DNA of 64,000 nt from a virus, in IMG/VR virus record IMGVR_UViG_3300027857_000017; one strand, given 5' to 3'. The stretch's first letter is position 1. Each line of letters starts with the position of its first letter. Below the pieces are notes generated by a model. That model did no database searches. It was given only the letters and a program-made list of their open reading frames with translations, and was not told the origin of the DNA. The translations under genes were made by a program, and so were the position numbers. Shown piece by piece: positions 18,412 through 28,373 of this stretch.

Positions 18412-18439
18412 AGTATACTCGCTGTTTGCGATTTGTCAA
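18412..18439 (-). promoter_or_regulatory. strong sigma70-like promoter on the minus strand
   Basis: TTGACA (plus 18434-18439), 16-nt spacer, TATACT (plus 18412-18417); fires toward module 3, module 2 and rsr. Confidence 0.55.
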
Positions 18440-18623
18440 GAAGTTCCAACGAACACGCCTCATCCTCTGCCACATGGTCCAGCCAGATCCGATCAGCACG
18501 ACCAGGGTTGTCAGCGCGTAGCAACCACTAGCAACTTCAAATGCAATCAAGTTCAATTCAATCCCTTTCAACGTATCCCTTGTCCTAGCTAAGTAATACA
18601 CAAAAGGGACCATCATCTCAAAA

Positions 18624-19763
18624 TTAGGAATATTTGGTGATGGAAAACTGTAGTTTCCCCGCCTCGATGCTGAGTGATAGATTTCGCATTTCATGCTGCC
18701 AAATGATCTTCACGATATAGCCCTTACTCTCAATATAAGCAATACGTTTGGCATCATGTTCACGAATAGATTCGGCTGATCTGATACCCTGACCTCTTGA
18801 CTTCCTGATGCCTTGGGTGTGACCACATTGCAAACAGGCATGCCACCAGCAGCCATAAATCTCCACAACTTGGTTACTTTTGATAAGGTAGAAGTCTACG
18901 AGGCAAGACCTAATACGAAATTGCTTTTTGTAGTCAATGTTTTCTTGCCATCCTAATGCATTTAGTTTCTTTTCGAACGCGATCTCCGGTTTTGTGTCCT
19001 TGAGAACACGCTTTTTGCTATTTAGTGCTGCCTCAATCGATGGCATGAGCATATCTGTTCTTTCTTCCTTAGTGAACTGCTCCCAATAGGTTGATTTTGC
19101 TTTTGAGTGCCTCTTTTTTGCCTCATCAGTGTGTTTCTTCCCCAGAGCTGCGGTAGAACTCTTCTGCCTCCTTATTTCAGACTGCTTCTTTCCCTTCTTT
19201 GCTGCCGATATTTTTCTTCGCGTCTCTTCAGAGACTGGCGTATCTTTTTTGGATTCAAACCTTTTCTGAATGTGTTCGGGTGACTGCTTCCGTCCTTTCA
19301 TCGCACCAATCTTACCGTACATTGGGTTGCCTTCGCCTTTGACTCTCTGCGACATTTTTGCCTTGTTCTCTGGTGACATGTTCCATTCATGAACCTCCCA
19401 ATCAATATCTTGCAAGAAAAGCGGATTCATGCCCTGCTCTTCCCTAATTGAATTCAATGTAGCAAGAACATAGGAAGCGGGTTTTATGCGAATAGATTTG
19501 TTTTGTTCATAATAGCAAACTGTGGATACTGGTAGGGAGGTTCGTTTTGCAAACTCCTTTTGCGTAAGCCCTAATTGCATCCTCGCTTCACGCAAAGTTA
19601 ATTTGACAGGTTCTTTGTGGTCAGTTTGATGTTCCAAAAAGGGATCATCGAAGGGTAACGATTGTTGTCTATAGTTCTGCGGTGATAAACTATCCATCGT
19701 GTATAGCCTCCTCCATAGGTTATGCACACGTCTTAGAGGTGTTACAGCACCTCTAAGACGCAA
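18624..19763 (-). CDS. XRE-family HTH + NUMOD3 repeats + Vsr/DUF559-like endonuclease domain protein
   Basis: N-terminal HTH LTQKEFAKRTSLPVSTVCYYEQNK; repeated NUMOD3-like basic motifs (GEGNPMYGK, KISAAKKGK, GKKHTDEAKKRHS); C-terminal VDFYLI..EIYGCWWHAC...GYIVKIIWQHEM resembling the very-short-patch-repair endonuclease fold. Confidence 0.55.
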   Translation of the reverse strand: MRLRGAVTPLRRVHNLWRRLYTMDSLSPQNYRQQSLPFDDPFLEHQTDHKEPVKLTLREARMQLGLTQKEFAKRTSLPVSTVCYYEQNKSIRIKPASYVLATLNSIREEQGMNPLFLQDIDWEVHEWNMSPENKAKMSQRVKGEGNPMYGKIGAMKGRKQSPEHIQKRFESKKDTPVSEETRRKISAAKKGKKQSEIRRQKSSTAALGKKHTDEAKKRHSKAKSTYWEQFTKEERTDMLMPSIEAALNSKKRVLKDTKPEIAFEKKLNALGWQENIDYKKQFRIRSCLVDFYLIKSNQVVEIYGCWWHACLQCGHTQGIRKSRGQGIRSAESIREHDAKRIAYIESKGYIVKIIWQHEMRNLSLSIEAGKLQFSITKYS

Positions 19764-19810
19764 AAATTTTCATATGTCTATTATACCATGAACAAGCTTC
19801 TAGAACAAGT

Positions 19811-21178
19811 TTATTGGCCGTTTACACCTTTTCTTGCCCATTTTTGCCAGCGGGCTTCTTTGCGTCTTATCAGCAACCAGATTGACATGATCAAGGCGTA
19901 AAATTCTACGAAGGTGAGTATATAAAACAGGCACCACGCGATAGGGGACAGTACAAGAAACTCATATCCATACTCCGTTCTCTTTTCCCAAAACTGGACA
20001 AGAAACATGACAAACACGATGATCACGCCACTCAAGAAGGCACTAAAATCTCCGCTGAAGAAGCTAAAGAGGTATAATGCCAACAAAAAGGACGGTTCAA
20101 AGCCTATTTGCACGTCCTGGAATACTGCGAGCGGAAGTATGAGCCAACTGAGCACCTTATTGTGATGAGGTTGCAGCGAAAAGAAGAGATCCCTGTGTTT
20201 CCAGAAAGTCTGCAACCTCCCGCGTTTCCACCGTAGCCGTTGTTTCATGAGTCCGTTGAGAGTGTTAGCGCCCTCGGTGTAGATCAAAGCGTCTGGGCAA
20301 TAGGTTATCTTCATTCCCGCCTTTTGAATACGTGTACTCAGTTCAATGTCTTCCGTGATGTTTTTACAATCATACCCACCCAATTGCTCAAATACTTTTT
20401 TTCTGAACGCTCCTGCTGCCCCTCCAACAATATAGATGCTATTAAGCAAACTGTCTGCTCGCTTAAATCCGAAACCTAAGATGTACTCTAAATATTGCAA
20501 GGTTCCAATTAACCCCTTTGTATTCGCAATACGAACGTTGCCAACCGCTGCCTGTGTTCGAGGGTCTCTAAACGTCTCTACAAAGTGCTCTACTGCCCTT
20601 TCATGCACAATACAGTCAGCATCGATACTGATGAGGATATCGCCGCGAGCAATTGAGATAGCCGTATTGAGCGCTGCCCCCTTACCAGCATTCGTCTGAT
20701 ATCGATAGACAATCTCTATCCGCTCTGAGCGAGGGATGCCCGCCATTTCTCTCTCATAGTCTGCCAGAAACTTGTGCATTTTGAAGTCAGAGTCATCCGT
20801 ACTACCATCATTGACCACCACCAATTCAAGGTGTTTGTAGGTTGAGGCAAGGAGCGTCTTGATCGTGGCAGTAAGTCCAACAGATTCATTCCAGGCAGGG
20901 ATCATCACGCTGACCAGCGGCTGATAATCATGCACGAAGTGATCAAGTAACGCTTTTTCTCGCTTCGCTATGACGCTATACCAGGGACTCAAGAACATAT
21001 ACACGGTGTAGCGAGTCAGCAGCACTGAGGCAAAACACACAATAATCACACGGAGAATGCTTAGAAGTGGGCTATCGAATGGATGTGGCTTCAGTAGGAC
21101 CGATGATGCCATGATAGCCATTGTGATGAGATAGAGCAGGAAATAGACAAGCGGTTTTAACAGTCGGTGCATCTTCAA
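19811..21178 (-). CDS. family 2 glycosyltransferase, multi-pass membrane, processive type
   Basis: DGSTDDS, DAD and QRLRWKRG (QxxRW) motifs with flanking transmembrane segments; the true start may be internal. Confidence 0.8.
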   Translation of the reverse strand: MKMHRLLKPLVYFLLYLITMAIMASSVLLKPHPFDSPLLSILRVIIVCFASVLLTRYTVYMFLSPWYSVIAKREKALLDHFVHDYQPLVSVMIPAWNESVGLTATIKTLLASTYKHLELVVVNDGSTDDSDFKMHKFLADYEREMAGIPRSERIEIVYRYQTNAGKGAALNTAISIARGDILISIDADCIVHERAVEHFVETFRDPRTQAAVGNVRIANTKGLIGTLQYLEYILGFGFKRADSLLNSIYIVGGAAGAFRKKVFEQLGGYDCKNITEDIELSTRIQKAGMKITYCPDALIYTEGANTLNGLMKQRLRWKRGRLQTFWKHRDLFFSLQPHHNKVLSWLILPLAVFQDVQIGFEPSFLLALYLFSFFSGDFSAFLSGVIIVFVMFLVQFWEKRTEYGYEFLVLSPIAWCLFYILTFVEFYALIMSIWLLIRRKEARWQKWARKGVNGQ

Positions 21179-21707
21179 GAAACTCTTTCTTCAATGATCT
21201 CAAATACATATTGGTATCCTGAGTGAGCGCAGGGTGATCGGCAATAGAATACGACACACTTTTTCTCTGCTCTTGCTCATACATCTTCACGGCTTTGACG
21301 CTCATCGTATCCCTGAGATGAATTGCCTTCTGGCGTACCTTTTCTCGTGCAGGCGGGAGTGCTGTCCATGATGCTACATTTGCCCACAGGATCGCCAACA
21401 CGACCCATGTGACAACTCTGTAAATGGGTTGTGACGCTAAAAGCCAATACGCCATATACGCCATCTCAAGCGCAATGACGAGGTACAATGCCTCCGTTAC
21501 CCAGAGCCAGATGCTCACTTTGGAACGAACAGGTGGGAGTGGAAGCACTGTCACTGGCATAGGGATAGTTTCATAGGAGAGAGGCTCGTTATAAACGGGT
21601 TGTCGCATAGGCAGTGTCAGGTAGGGTGATATGCAGGTTGTTTTTGTTTGCGAATAATTCAATGGATTAGTCCTCTTCTTCCACGTAGTCTTGTTGAGAT
21701 ATACCAC
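21072..21707 (-). CDS. integral membrane protein co-encoded with the GT2
   Basis: 211 aa with several hydrophobic helices; overlaps the annotated GT2 start. Confidence 0.4.
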   Translation of the reverse strand: MVYLNKTTWKKRTNPLNYSQTKTTCISPYLTLPMRQPVYNEPLSYETIPMPVTVLPLPPVRSKVSIWLWVTEALYLVIALEMAYMAYWLLASQPIYRVVTWVVLAILWANVASWTALPPAREKVRQKAIHLRDTMSVKAVKMYEQEQRKSVSYSIADHPALTQDTNMYLRSLKKEFLEDAPTVKTACLFPALSHHNGYHGIIGPTEATSIR

Positions 21708-21835
21708 TCATACAACGAATGAATTGACCTATCAGAAACACTCTACTGTTCACAGCATGAATTCTCTCTTGCATTTTCCCTGATGGTGCCGTACTATGCC
21801 ACTTGAATCAGGTGAGATTGAAGGTATTTTGAACT

Positions 21836-22417
21836 ATGCACTATTACATAGACACGGAATTCATCGATGACGGGAAGACGATAGATTTGATCTCCATAGG
21901 GATTGTGTCTGGCGACGGCAGAGAATATTACGCTCAATCGACCGAGTTCACCATTGATAAGGCGTCACCGTGGGTACGAGAACACGTGCTCATGCATTTG
22001 AAATTATGCCCATCCATCAGCACGCCTTCAGTGTACTCTTTGGGAACAGTCTACGGAGCGCAATCACGTCATAAGCAGGGTCAATGTGTTGATCAGTGGC
22101 GTGAACGTATCCACAACTGCCCGTGGCGAACACGGGAACAAATAGCTCATGAGGTGAAGTCGTTCATTGGCGATGATATCCCTGAGTTCCACGCCTGGTG
22201 CGCAGGCTATGACTGGGTTGTCCTCTGCCAGCTTTTCGGCACCATGATGGATCTCCCATCTGGTTGGCCGCACTACATCCGTGATCTGCAGTACGTACTA
22301 GACGAGCGAGGCATCACCGATGAGATGCTCCCACCACAGGAAGAACAATCTCACAACGCCCTAGCTGATGCCCGATACATTCAAAAGATCTGGCAGGTAC
22401 TCGATGGAAAGAGATGA
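21836..22417 (+). CDS. DEDDh 3'-5' exonuclease (DnaQ-like)
   Basis: YIDTEF (Exo I) ... HNALADARY (Exo III with His). Confidence 0.6.
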   Translation: MHYYIDTEFIDDGKTIDLISIGIVSGDGREYYAQSTEFTIDKASPWVREHVLMHLKLCPSISTPSVYSLGTVYGAQSRHKQGQCVDQWRERIHNCPWRTREQIAHEVKSFIGDDIPEFHAWCAGYDWVVLCQLFGTMMDLPSGWPHYIRDLQYVLDERGITDEMLPPQEEQSHNALADARYIQKIWQVLDGKR

Positions 22418-22788
22418 GGGAGGAACTGGTGATACTCTACAATCTACAGAAAACGTGTGAAGCAAGTCCCGCTCAATGGCGTGCTGTCAATGAACTGGGT
22501 GAGCAAGTCTATATCCGGTTTCGCTTTGACACACTGACTGTTCACTGCCCATTTGACCCTGAGTGCGAGGATTATCCTGCATTTATGGCGACACAAATCC
22601 TCAAGATTGAGCATGTCAGAGGAGAAGAGTATGCCGGGAGTATGGATGAGGATGAAATGCTTCAATTGACGGGCTACACGCTTGGAGAACGGGTTTTCGT
22701 GGAGGCTAACGTAGAAGAGGCTATGGAAGCCTTCAGGAAATCAGAACTTCGCTATAGAAATCTGTACACAAGATTAGCAGAGATGTAG
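22414..22788 (+). CDS. hypothetical protein
   Basis: 124-aa ORF. Confidence 0.35.
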   Translation: MREELVILYNLQKTCEASPAQWRAVNELGEQVYIRFRFDTLTVHCPFDPECEDYPAFMATQILKIEHVRGEEYAGSMDEDEMLQLTGYTLGERVFVEANVEEAMEAFRKSELRYRNLYTRLAEM

Positions 22789-22803
22789 GCAGGAGGAGGG
22801 AAA

Positions 22804-23157
22804 ATGACAGCCAAGCGACGTACCGATGCTGAGATTGACTATCTCATGGAACTCATCAGAAACGCACCACCACTTCCACCGCGAGCGAAGGCATTACAAC
22901 AACAAATGGCACAAGTCAATCGTGAGAAGCAGACTGATGCTCAACCACGCCTGTTCAAAGATGGCGATCAAGTGCGCAATATCAACCCACGGAGCCAGTA
23001 CTACCAACTTATAGGCACCTTCAAACGCTACTTCTCGGCATGGACCTTTTGCCACGGACCTGGCTGCGATGTAGCCTACCCTGGTCACACTGGGCCATAT
23101 GGATATTTCTACGTGGCGCAATCAGCGCGTGATCTGGAACAGATTCATGACACATAA
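22804..23157 (+). CDS. hypothetical protein
   Basis: 117-aa ORF with a GGAGG ribosome-binding site. Confidence 0.35.
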   Translation: MTAKRRTDAEIDYLMELIRNAPPLPPRAKALQQQMAQVNREKQTDAQPRLFKDGDQVRNINPRSQYYQLIGTFKRYFSAWTFCHGPGCDVAYPGHTGPYGYFYVAQSARDLEQIHDT

Positions 23158-23258
23158 GGAGTGGTTTCTGCTCTGGCTGGTCCTCTGGCTCATCCTTTCC
23201 ATCTTTCTTTGCACAGTCAACCAATTCGATCTCTTTCAGATAACATGCGGAGGCACCA

Positions 23259-23900
23259 TTGCAGGGTTGTGTCTTTTCGCTACCATCTACAATTATGGAC
23301 AATGGCGCAGATCAGTCATGGACAAAAAGGATGAGGAAAAGGGTGGAGAGTGACGGAGAGGGACTCAGGCGGTGCAAATCGTGCGAAGACAAGGGACTCA
23401 ACACCTGGCACCCACTTACCGACTTCCATCGAGACAAAAACGGAAAGGATGGACTCTCATTCTACTGCCGGTCTTGTTATGCTGAGCGAAAACGCAAGTA
23501 TCGGCGTCCCACCAAACCTGCCATCGTGCTCACGCCAGAACAACAGGAGCAGCAGAGGATGGCAAAGAGAGAGAAAGCCAAACAGGTATCGAGAGACTAC
23601 TACTATCAGCATAGAGAAGAGATCCGACAAAAGACCCGTGGGCGCAATGCAGCATACTACACCAACAACAAGGACCGGTTACGTGCCTACAAGCGGATGT
23701 ACACCAACCGACGCTACCACAATGACCCGGTGTACCGAGAACGGTTACTGACCTGGCAGAAGAATGCCCAGCAAGAACGTCGTATTTTGACACGTCTGAT
23801 TGCCTGGTGTTTGCGCGGGCCTCATCGTCTCCATTTGTTCCCGTGCCTGAATAAGGCTTTTGAGCATCTCTTTATCTATGGAAGAAAGAAGAAACAATGA
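23259..23900 (+). CDS. basic zinc-ribbon protein
   Basis: CKSCEDK...CRSCYAERKRKY; the real start is probably MDNGADQ (23295). Confidence 0.4.
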   Translation: MQGCVFSLPSTIMDNGADQSWTKRMRKRVESDGEGLRRCKSCEDKGLNTWHPLTDFHRDKNGKDGLSFYCRSCYAERKRKYRRPTKPAIVLTPEQQEQQRMAKREKAKQVSRDYYYQHREEIRQKTRGRNAAYYTNNKDRLRAYKRMYTNRRYHNDPVYRERLLTWQKNAQQERRILTRLIAWCLRGPHRLHLFPCLNKAFEHLFIYGRKKKQ

Positions 23901-24188
23901 GAAGATTCATGGTCAAGTACTGCCAGGAGGAATATGAGTGTGTGCTCTTCTCTGATGGGGAGGTGTACATCCATAACTCATCTATTGTCCCTCCCGAATT
24001 TCCCAATTTACAGGCATTTCAACAGTTTCTCGGTAAGAACGATACAGAAGCGTGTACGGTGTTCAGGTGGATTGATGGCACTTCTATCACCTGGACGGGT
24101 ATCTTGCCGGCAGGGAGCGCTATGACCCTTGATGGGGACCAGGAGCGGCAAGAAGACAACGTTGTCACCGATGAGGAGGTAGACCAGG

Positions 24189-24617
24189 ATGAGTGGTGAG
24201 GTCATCAAGTGGGCGGCACTCCTGCCAGATCAACGGGATGCGTTGGTGCATGAAAAAGTAATGGGACACAAGGAGAGGGCGATTTGCCGTAGCGAGCAGC
24301 GCTATGGGTATGACGACGGTGATTGGGAGTGTGGCGAATGTGGTGCAACTGGACAATGGAACAATGCAATGGTTGGTGATCACTATCAGCCAATTCCACA
24401 TTATACACAAAGTCTGGATGCAGCATGGTTGGTGATGGAACATTTCGATGAACTTGTGCTCGTAGTACACGTCAAGCCACGATGGCACTGCACACTTCAC
24501 AAAGACGAGGCTCCATCGGGAAATGCAACCATGAAGACACCACAGGAGGCTATTTGTGTGGCGGCGCTCAGGGCAGCGGGCATCACTGTAGATGAGAGCG
24601 AGAAAACAGATGGGTGA
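24189..24617 (+). CDS. phage ABA-sandwich-domain-like protein
   Basis: IPHYTQSLDAAWLVMEHF resembles the conserved core of the phage ABA sandwich domain. Confidence 0.45.
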   Translation: MSGEVIKWAALLPDQRDALVHEKVMGHKERAICRSEQRYGYDDGDWECGECGATGQWNNAMVGDHYQPIPHYTQSLDAAWLVMEHFDELVLVVHVKPRWHCTLHKDEAPSGNATMKTPQEAICVAALRAAGITVDESEKTDG

Positions 24618-25056
24618 AGCACGTAATGACTACCCACGTCTCTGCTGGGGATGCTTAGGGATCATCGAAGCATGGGAGGAGGATTTTGCCTTGACTGATT
24701 TCGGTGGCACGTGTCCCGCATGCCATAGCTCACAAATTGGTGAGATGCCAGGACTCAGGAATATCCTGAATGGATACACAGAGCGGATGAATAGCGTTGT
24801 TGAGCAAGGCGAACTGACGATGGCTGTGATCGAGAAGGCGTTGGCGGGATCAGAAGAACAGCGAGAACGGATAATTGGTTGGTATAGCCTGAAGAATGTT
24901 GAGGCTATCAGAGCAGCAAAACAGTTTATCGGTGCTATGGAAAGACTTCAGACACTTGGTCCCATTGATTCCACCGCTTTGGAGGAAATACAAGCACAGT
25001 TACTCATGGTGGGTGAGCCACAAGAACCTCTCAAGAGCGAGAAGGGAGCGTTTTGA
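24592..25056 (+). CDS. hypothetical protein
   Basis: 154-aa ORF. Confidence 0.35.
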   Translation: MRARKQMGEARNDYPRLCWGCLGIIEAWEEDFALTDFGGTCPACHSSQIGEMPGLRNILNGYTERMNSVVEQGELTMAVIEKALAGSEEQRERIIGWYSLKNVEAIRAAKQFIGAMERLQTLGPIDSTALEEIQAQLLMVGEPQEPLKSEKGAF

Positions 25057-25433
25057 AGCAGCACATTACCCAGACTCAATTTGATGAGCTGACACCAGAG
25101 CAGCATGAGAGATGGTTGACCTGGACCTTCTCGAAGGACAAGGAAATCGACCAGGATCGGGTACGCCTGGAGACGATGATATCGTATATGGGGCAGCCTT
25201 CCTTTCGCTCTATCGGACATCTCATCTGGTTCCTCAATGATTATATGAGTCAACAAGATGGTTGGTGGGCAATCAACAAATCGAGTTATCCGAGCGTGTG
25301 GTCCATCCATAGCAAATATGATGTCGGATTTGGCGAAGAGGTAGGGAGTCCCGAACTCATCGATGTCCTCTGGGAGACCGTGAAAGCCGTGCTGAGCATG
25401 AATGATAGTGAACAAGAAGAAGGGAAAAGGTGA
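25053..25433 (+). CDS. hypothetical protein
   Basis: 126-aa ORF. Confidence 0.35.
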   Translation: MKQHITQTQFDELTPEQHERWLTWTFSKDKEIDQDRVRLETMISYMGQPSFRSIGHLIWFLNDYMSQQDGWWAINKSSYPSVWSIHSKYDVGFGEEVGSPELIDVLWETVKAVLSMNDSEQEEGKR

Positions 25434-25804
25434 GCCATATATCTGTAGACATCTTGACCCGCATTGCCGAGGGATTCGAAGAACAGAACCAGATCAACAG
25501 AGAATGGATTGAGATGCAGAAGGCATGGCGAAAGGCGGATGTCAGTGCATACGAAGCCAGACAGTCACAAGATGCTGCGTATCTCAAAGTGATTGAGCAC
25601 CGGCATCAACATGAATCTCTCCTTTTCGGGTTGGCACGAGCAAATCATGTCATTCTTCTTACTCGATGTCAGGGTCTTCTCGCACACTATCGAAAGATGT
25701 GCCCTCCATCTGAAGATGAGGCAGTAAGCCAAGCACTCAAGGACATTGAGAGCGCATTGAGCCAGTTCCAGTTGATGGATTTGTTGGAGAAAGCAAGTAA
25801 GTAG
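25430..25804 (+). CDS. hypothetical protein
   Basis: 124-aa ORF. Confidence 0.35.
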   Translation: MSHISVDILTRIAEGFEEQNQINREWIEMQKAWRKADVSAYEARQSQDAAYLKVIEHRHQHESLLFGLARANHVILLTRCQGLLAHYRKMCPPSEDEAVSQALKDIESALSQFQLMDLLEKASK

Positions 25805-25866
25805 TTTACGCGAAATTTTAGTTCCGTGAATAGTAGTAAAAGCACCATCGAAAGGAAGATAGAGCC

Positions 25867-26226
25867 ATGCATGGAAAGTGTATTATTTGTTGGGAAGAGA
25901 AGGGCGACTCTGAGATCGCAGATGGCATCCAGGTTGGCGAGAAAATGGTTTGTCGAGAATGCGACCTCATCATCACTGACCGAAGACTCGCTTATCAAAT
26001 AGCCGAGAAGCATCTTGAAAAGTTGGTTCGCCTGATGCGCATTGAAATGGCGACACAGGGGGTTCAGATCTACTTACGCGAAGCCTACCATAATCAAGAC
26101 TCTCCATTCATGAAGTTTAACATTGGTCAGGCATTTGGTCTTCTCGCAAAGGCGTTGAATGGAGAGGATCTTCAGGGACCTCATTATATGGAACCTGATG
26201 CATTGCCACCATTCGAGGATGAATAA
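25867..26226 (+). CDS. zinc-ribbon hypothetical protein
   Basis: CIICW...CREC. Confidence 0.35.
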   Translation: MHGKCIICWEEKGDSEIADGIQVGEKMVCRECDLIITDRRLAYQIAEKHLEKLVRLMRIEMATQGVQIYLREAYHNQDSPFMKFNIGQAFGLLAKALNGEDLQGPHYMEPDALPPFEDE

Positions 26227-26235
26227 GCACATACA

Positions 26236-26643
26236 ATGAGAACAATCAAGTTTAGAGCCTGGAACAAAGCAGAGCAGAAGATGTACTACGATGTGGGGAT
26301 CAACCCTTACGCTCAAGACTTCTTTATTTTTCACAAAGACGGAGCGATTCAGGATGTCTATGGTTCATCACCAGAACTGATGCAGTTTACAGGACTCAAG
26401 GATGAGAGAGGCAAGGACATCTACGAAGGCGATATTGTACGAATACATCATCCTCAAGACCTCACAGGTGATTTTACCAATGCAGTTGGAGATGTATTCT
26501 GGTGGGATGAAGAAGGTGGATGGTATCACGGGAATAATCATGGGAGACCCCCTAAGCGAATGTGGGACTATGTAGAAATCATTGGCAACATCTGGGAACA
26601 TAAAGATATGTTCCTCAACGCTGAGAGAGATTCTGAGCCATGA
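26236..26643 (+). CDS. YopX family phage protein
   Basis: MRTIKFRAW...KMYYD...GLKDERGKDIYEGDIV...IGNIWEH matches YopX. Confidence 0.65.
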   Translation: MRTIKFRAWNKAEQKMYYDVGINPYAQDFFIFHKDGAIQDVYGSSPELMQFTGLKDERGKDIYEGDIVRIHHPQDLTGDFTNAVGDVFWWDEEGGWYHGNNHGRPPKRMWDYVEIIGNIWEHKDMFLNAERDSEP

Positions 26644-26843
26644 GCATTGATGAGACAGGAGAACCATCATGACCCAACCCAAAGTCACCAAACGTCCCAT
26701 ATGGTTCCATGTCATTGCCGTTCTCATCTTGCTCATTGCCACTTTGATCAGTTCCCATATGGCGGCGCTGTACGTCTATATCCTCGTTATTCTAGGGATG
26801 AGCCTGATGGTTATAGCCTGGACTATAGCCGTAAAAGAGCGTA

Positions 26844-27188
26844 ATGCCATCCAACGTTGGATGGAGGAGCACCACGATGACTGATATTTGGGTAACGGAA
26901 CATGACCTGTGCGAGAACTGCGGTGCCTTGCTTGACGACTTATTTGGCATCTGTCCTCGTTGTGGCTATGATGGCTACGACTATGACGAGGACGAAGATG
27001 AGTATTACGATGACCTTGGCGATTATGACGAGCGTGCGTACCATCAAGGTGACTACGATGAAGAGGCAGAGTGGGAAGTTATCACGAGCAAACCACATGT
27101 GATAGATGTCTTGTGCGCTATGGCAGATGAGGCACTACGACAACGCGATGCAGGAGAAACAGAAGAAGGTGGCTTTGATTGCGAGTGA
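26844..27188 (+). CDS. acidic zinc-ribbon protein
   Basis: CENCG...CPRCG followed by a D/E/Y-rich tail. Confidence 0.4.
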   Translation: MPSNVGWRSTTMTDIWVTEHDLCENCGALLDDLFGICPRCGYDGYDYDEDEDEYYDDLGDYDERAYHQGDYDEEAEWEVITSKPHVIDVLCAMADEALRQRDAGETEEGGFDCE

Positions 27189-28032
27189 GCACGAATAGTG
27201 TTTTTAGCATGGCGGCAACGCCAAAAAAACGGCTTCGGCAAGTCAGACCTATCAATTATCGTCTTGCCTTCGGAAGAGGCAAATTTGCGCGACATACAGA
27301 CCGCTGATGGCATGATGGAAGGAAGGGCATGGAGTGAGGCCAGGAAAATGCGAATGTGCCGGTTGCTTGTTGGTGTTTACATCGATCTCAGCATTTGATA
27401 TGCATCGGGTAGGTGGATATGGAGAACCGATCTACAAGAGACTAGCGAGTGGCAAGCAAAACGAGATTATAGGCTACACCCAACCAACGAGGGGATGCGC
27501 TACCATTCCAGAGATGATCACCCGTGGTATGGTCCAGACGAGCAAGGGATGGTGGGCCACTGGGCAGTTCCATTATGAGCGAGAGGAGAAAGTGAGCACC
27601 TGATCTATGGTATACTCCCATTGAGGACCAACCACTTGCTGCCACGTAACCAGAATGGGAGGTGTGCCATGTGATAAACCTGGAGGAGAGACCTTACGCT
27701 AAGATAATGGCGGAACAACTGGTTTGATCTTCTCAAGCACCGTCTTGAACTGACCCACGGTCAACTTCTGCTCAGGAAAGAGCACAGCATATAACTCATC
27801 AAGCATGTCTGACTTCCATTGGTCCTCTGGTTGTGGCGCTTTGATCTCCTTCTCGCTGACAATGCCCTTGATTCCTCTGAACGCCTTCGCTGTAATATTC
27901 ATAAGACAGGCATTCCACCACCATTCGCCATCCATCGGTGTCTCTGGTGATTGACGACTCGCCCACTCATAGATGGCGAGCCACTCTTCTAACGGATCTC
28001 TTCCCAATGCTTGTTTCTTCTTCCTTTGCGAT

Positions 28033-28368
28033 TCACATATCCCGGCGTGACCACTTGCCCTTCATGGCGTCAATTTGCAAGGCAGTACTGGACGCACTCC
28101 TCTGTCCATATGGGTAAATGGACATTCGCTCTATCCAGATCCTGCCCGTTTTGAGGGCATGGATGGTAGACAAAAAGCGGGTGCCCTTCGTGAGATTCCC
28201 TGATAACTCCAGGAATTGCCCCAACTTGTTCCATCCCTCGATATCCACCAGCAAAATGGTCTCAGATGTGAAAGTAGCGATGATGCCCATTCGCTCAGGA
28301 TATGCGCCATAGGAACGTTTGAAGACCTTTGCTGCTGTTTGGATGAAGGTGTGGATACTATCTCCCAT
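28033..28368 (-). CDS. hypothetical protein
   Basis: 111-aa ORF. Confidence 0.3.
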   Translation of the reverse strand: MGDSIHTFIQTAAKVFKRSYGAYPERMGIIATFTSETILLVDIEGWNKLGQFLELSGNLTKGTRFLSTIHALKTGRIWIERMSIYPYGQRSASSTALQIDAMKGKWSRRDM

Positions 28369-28373
28369 TCCCT

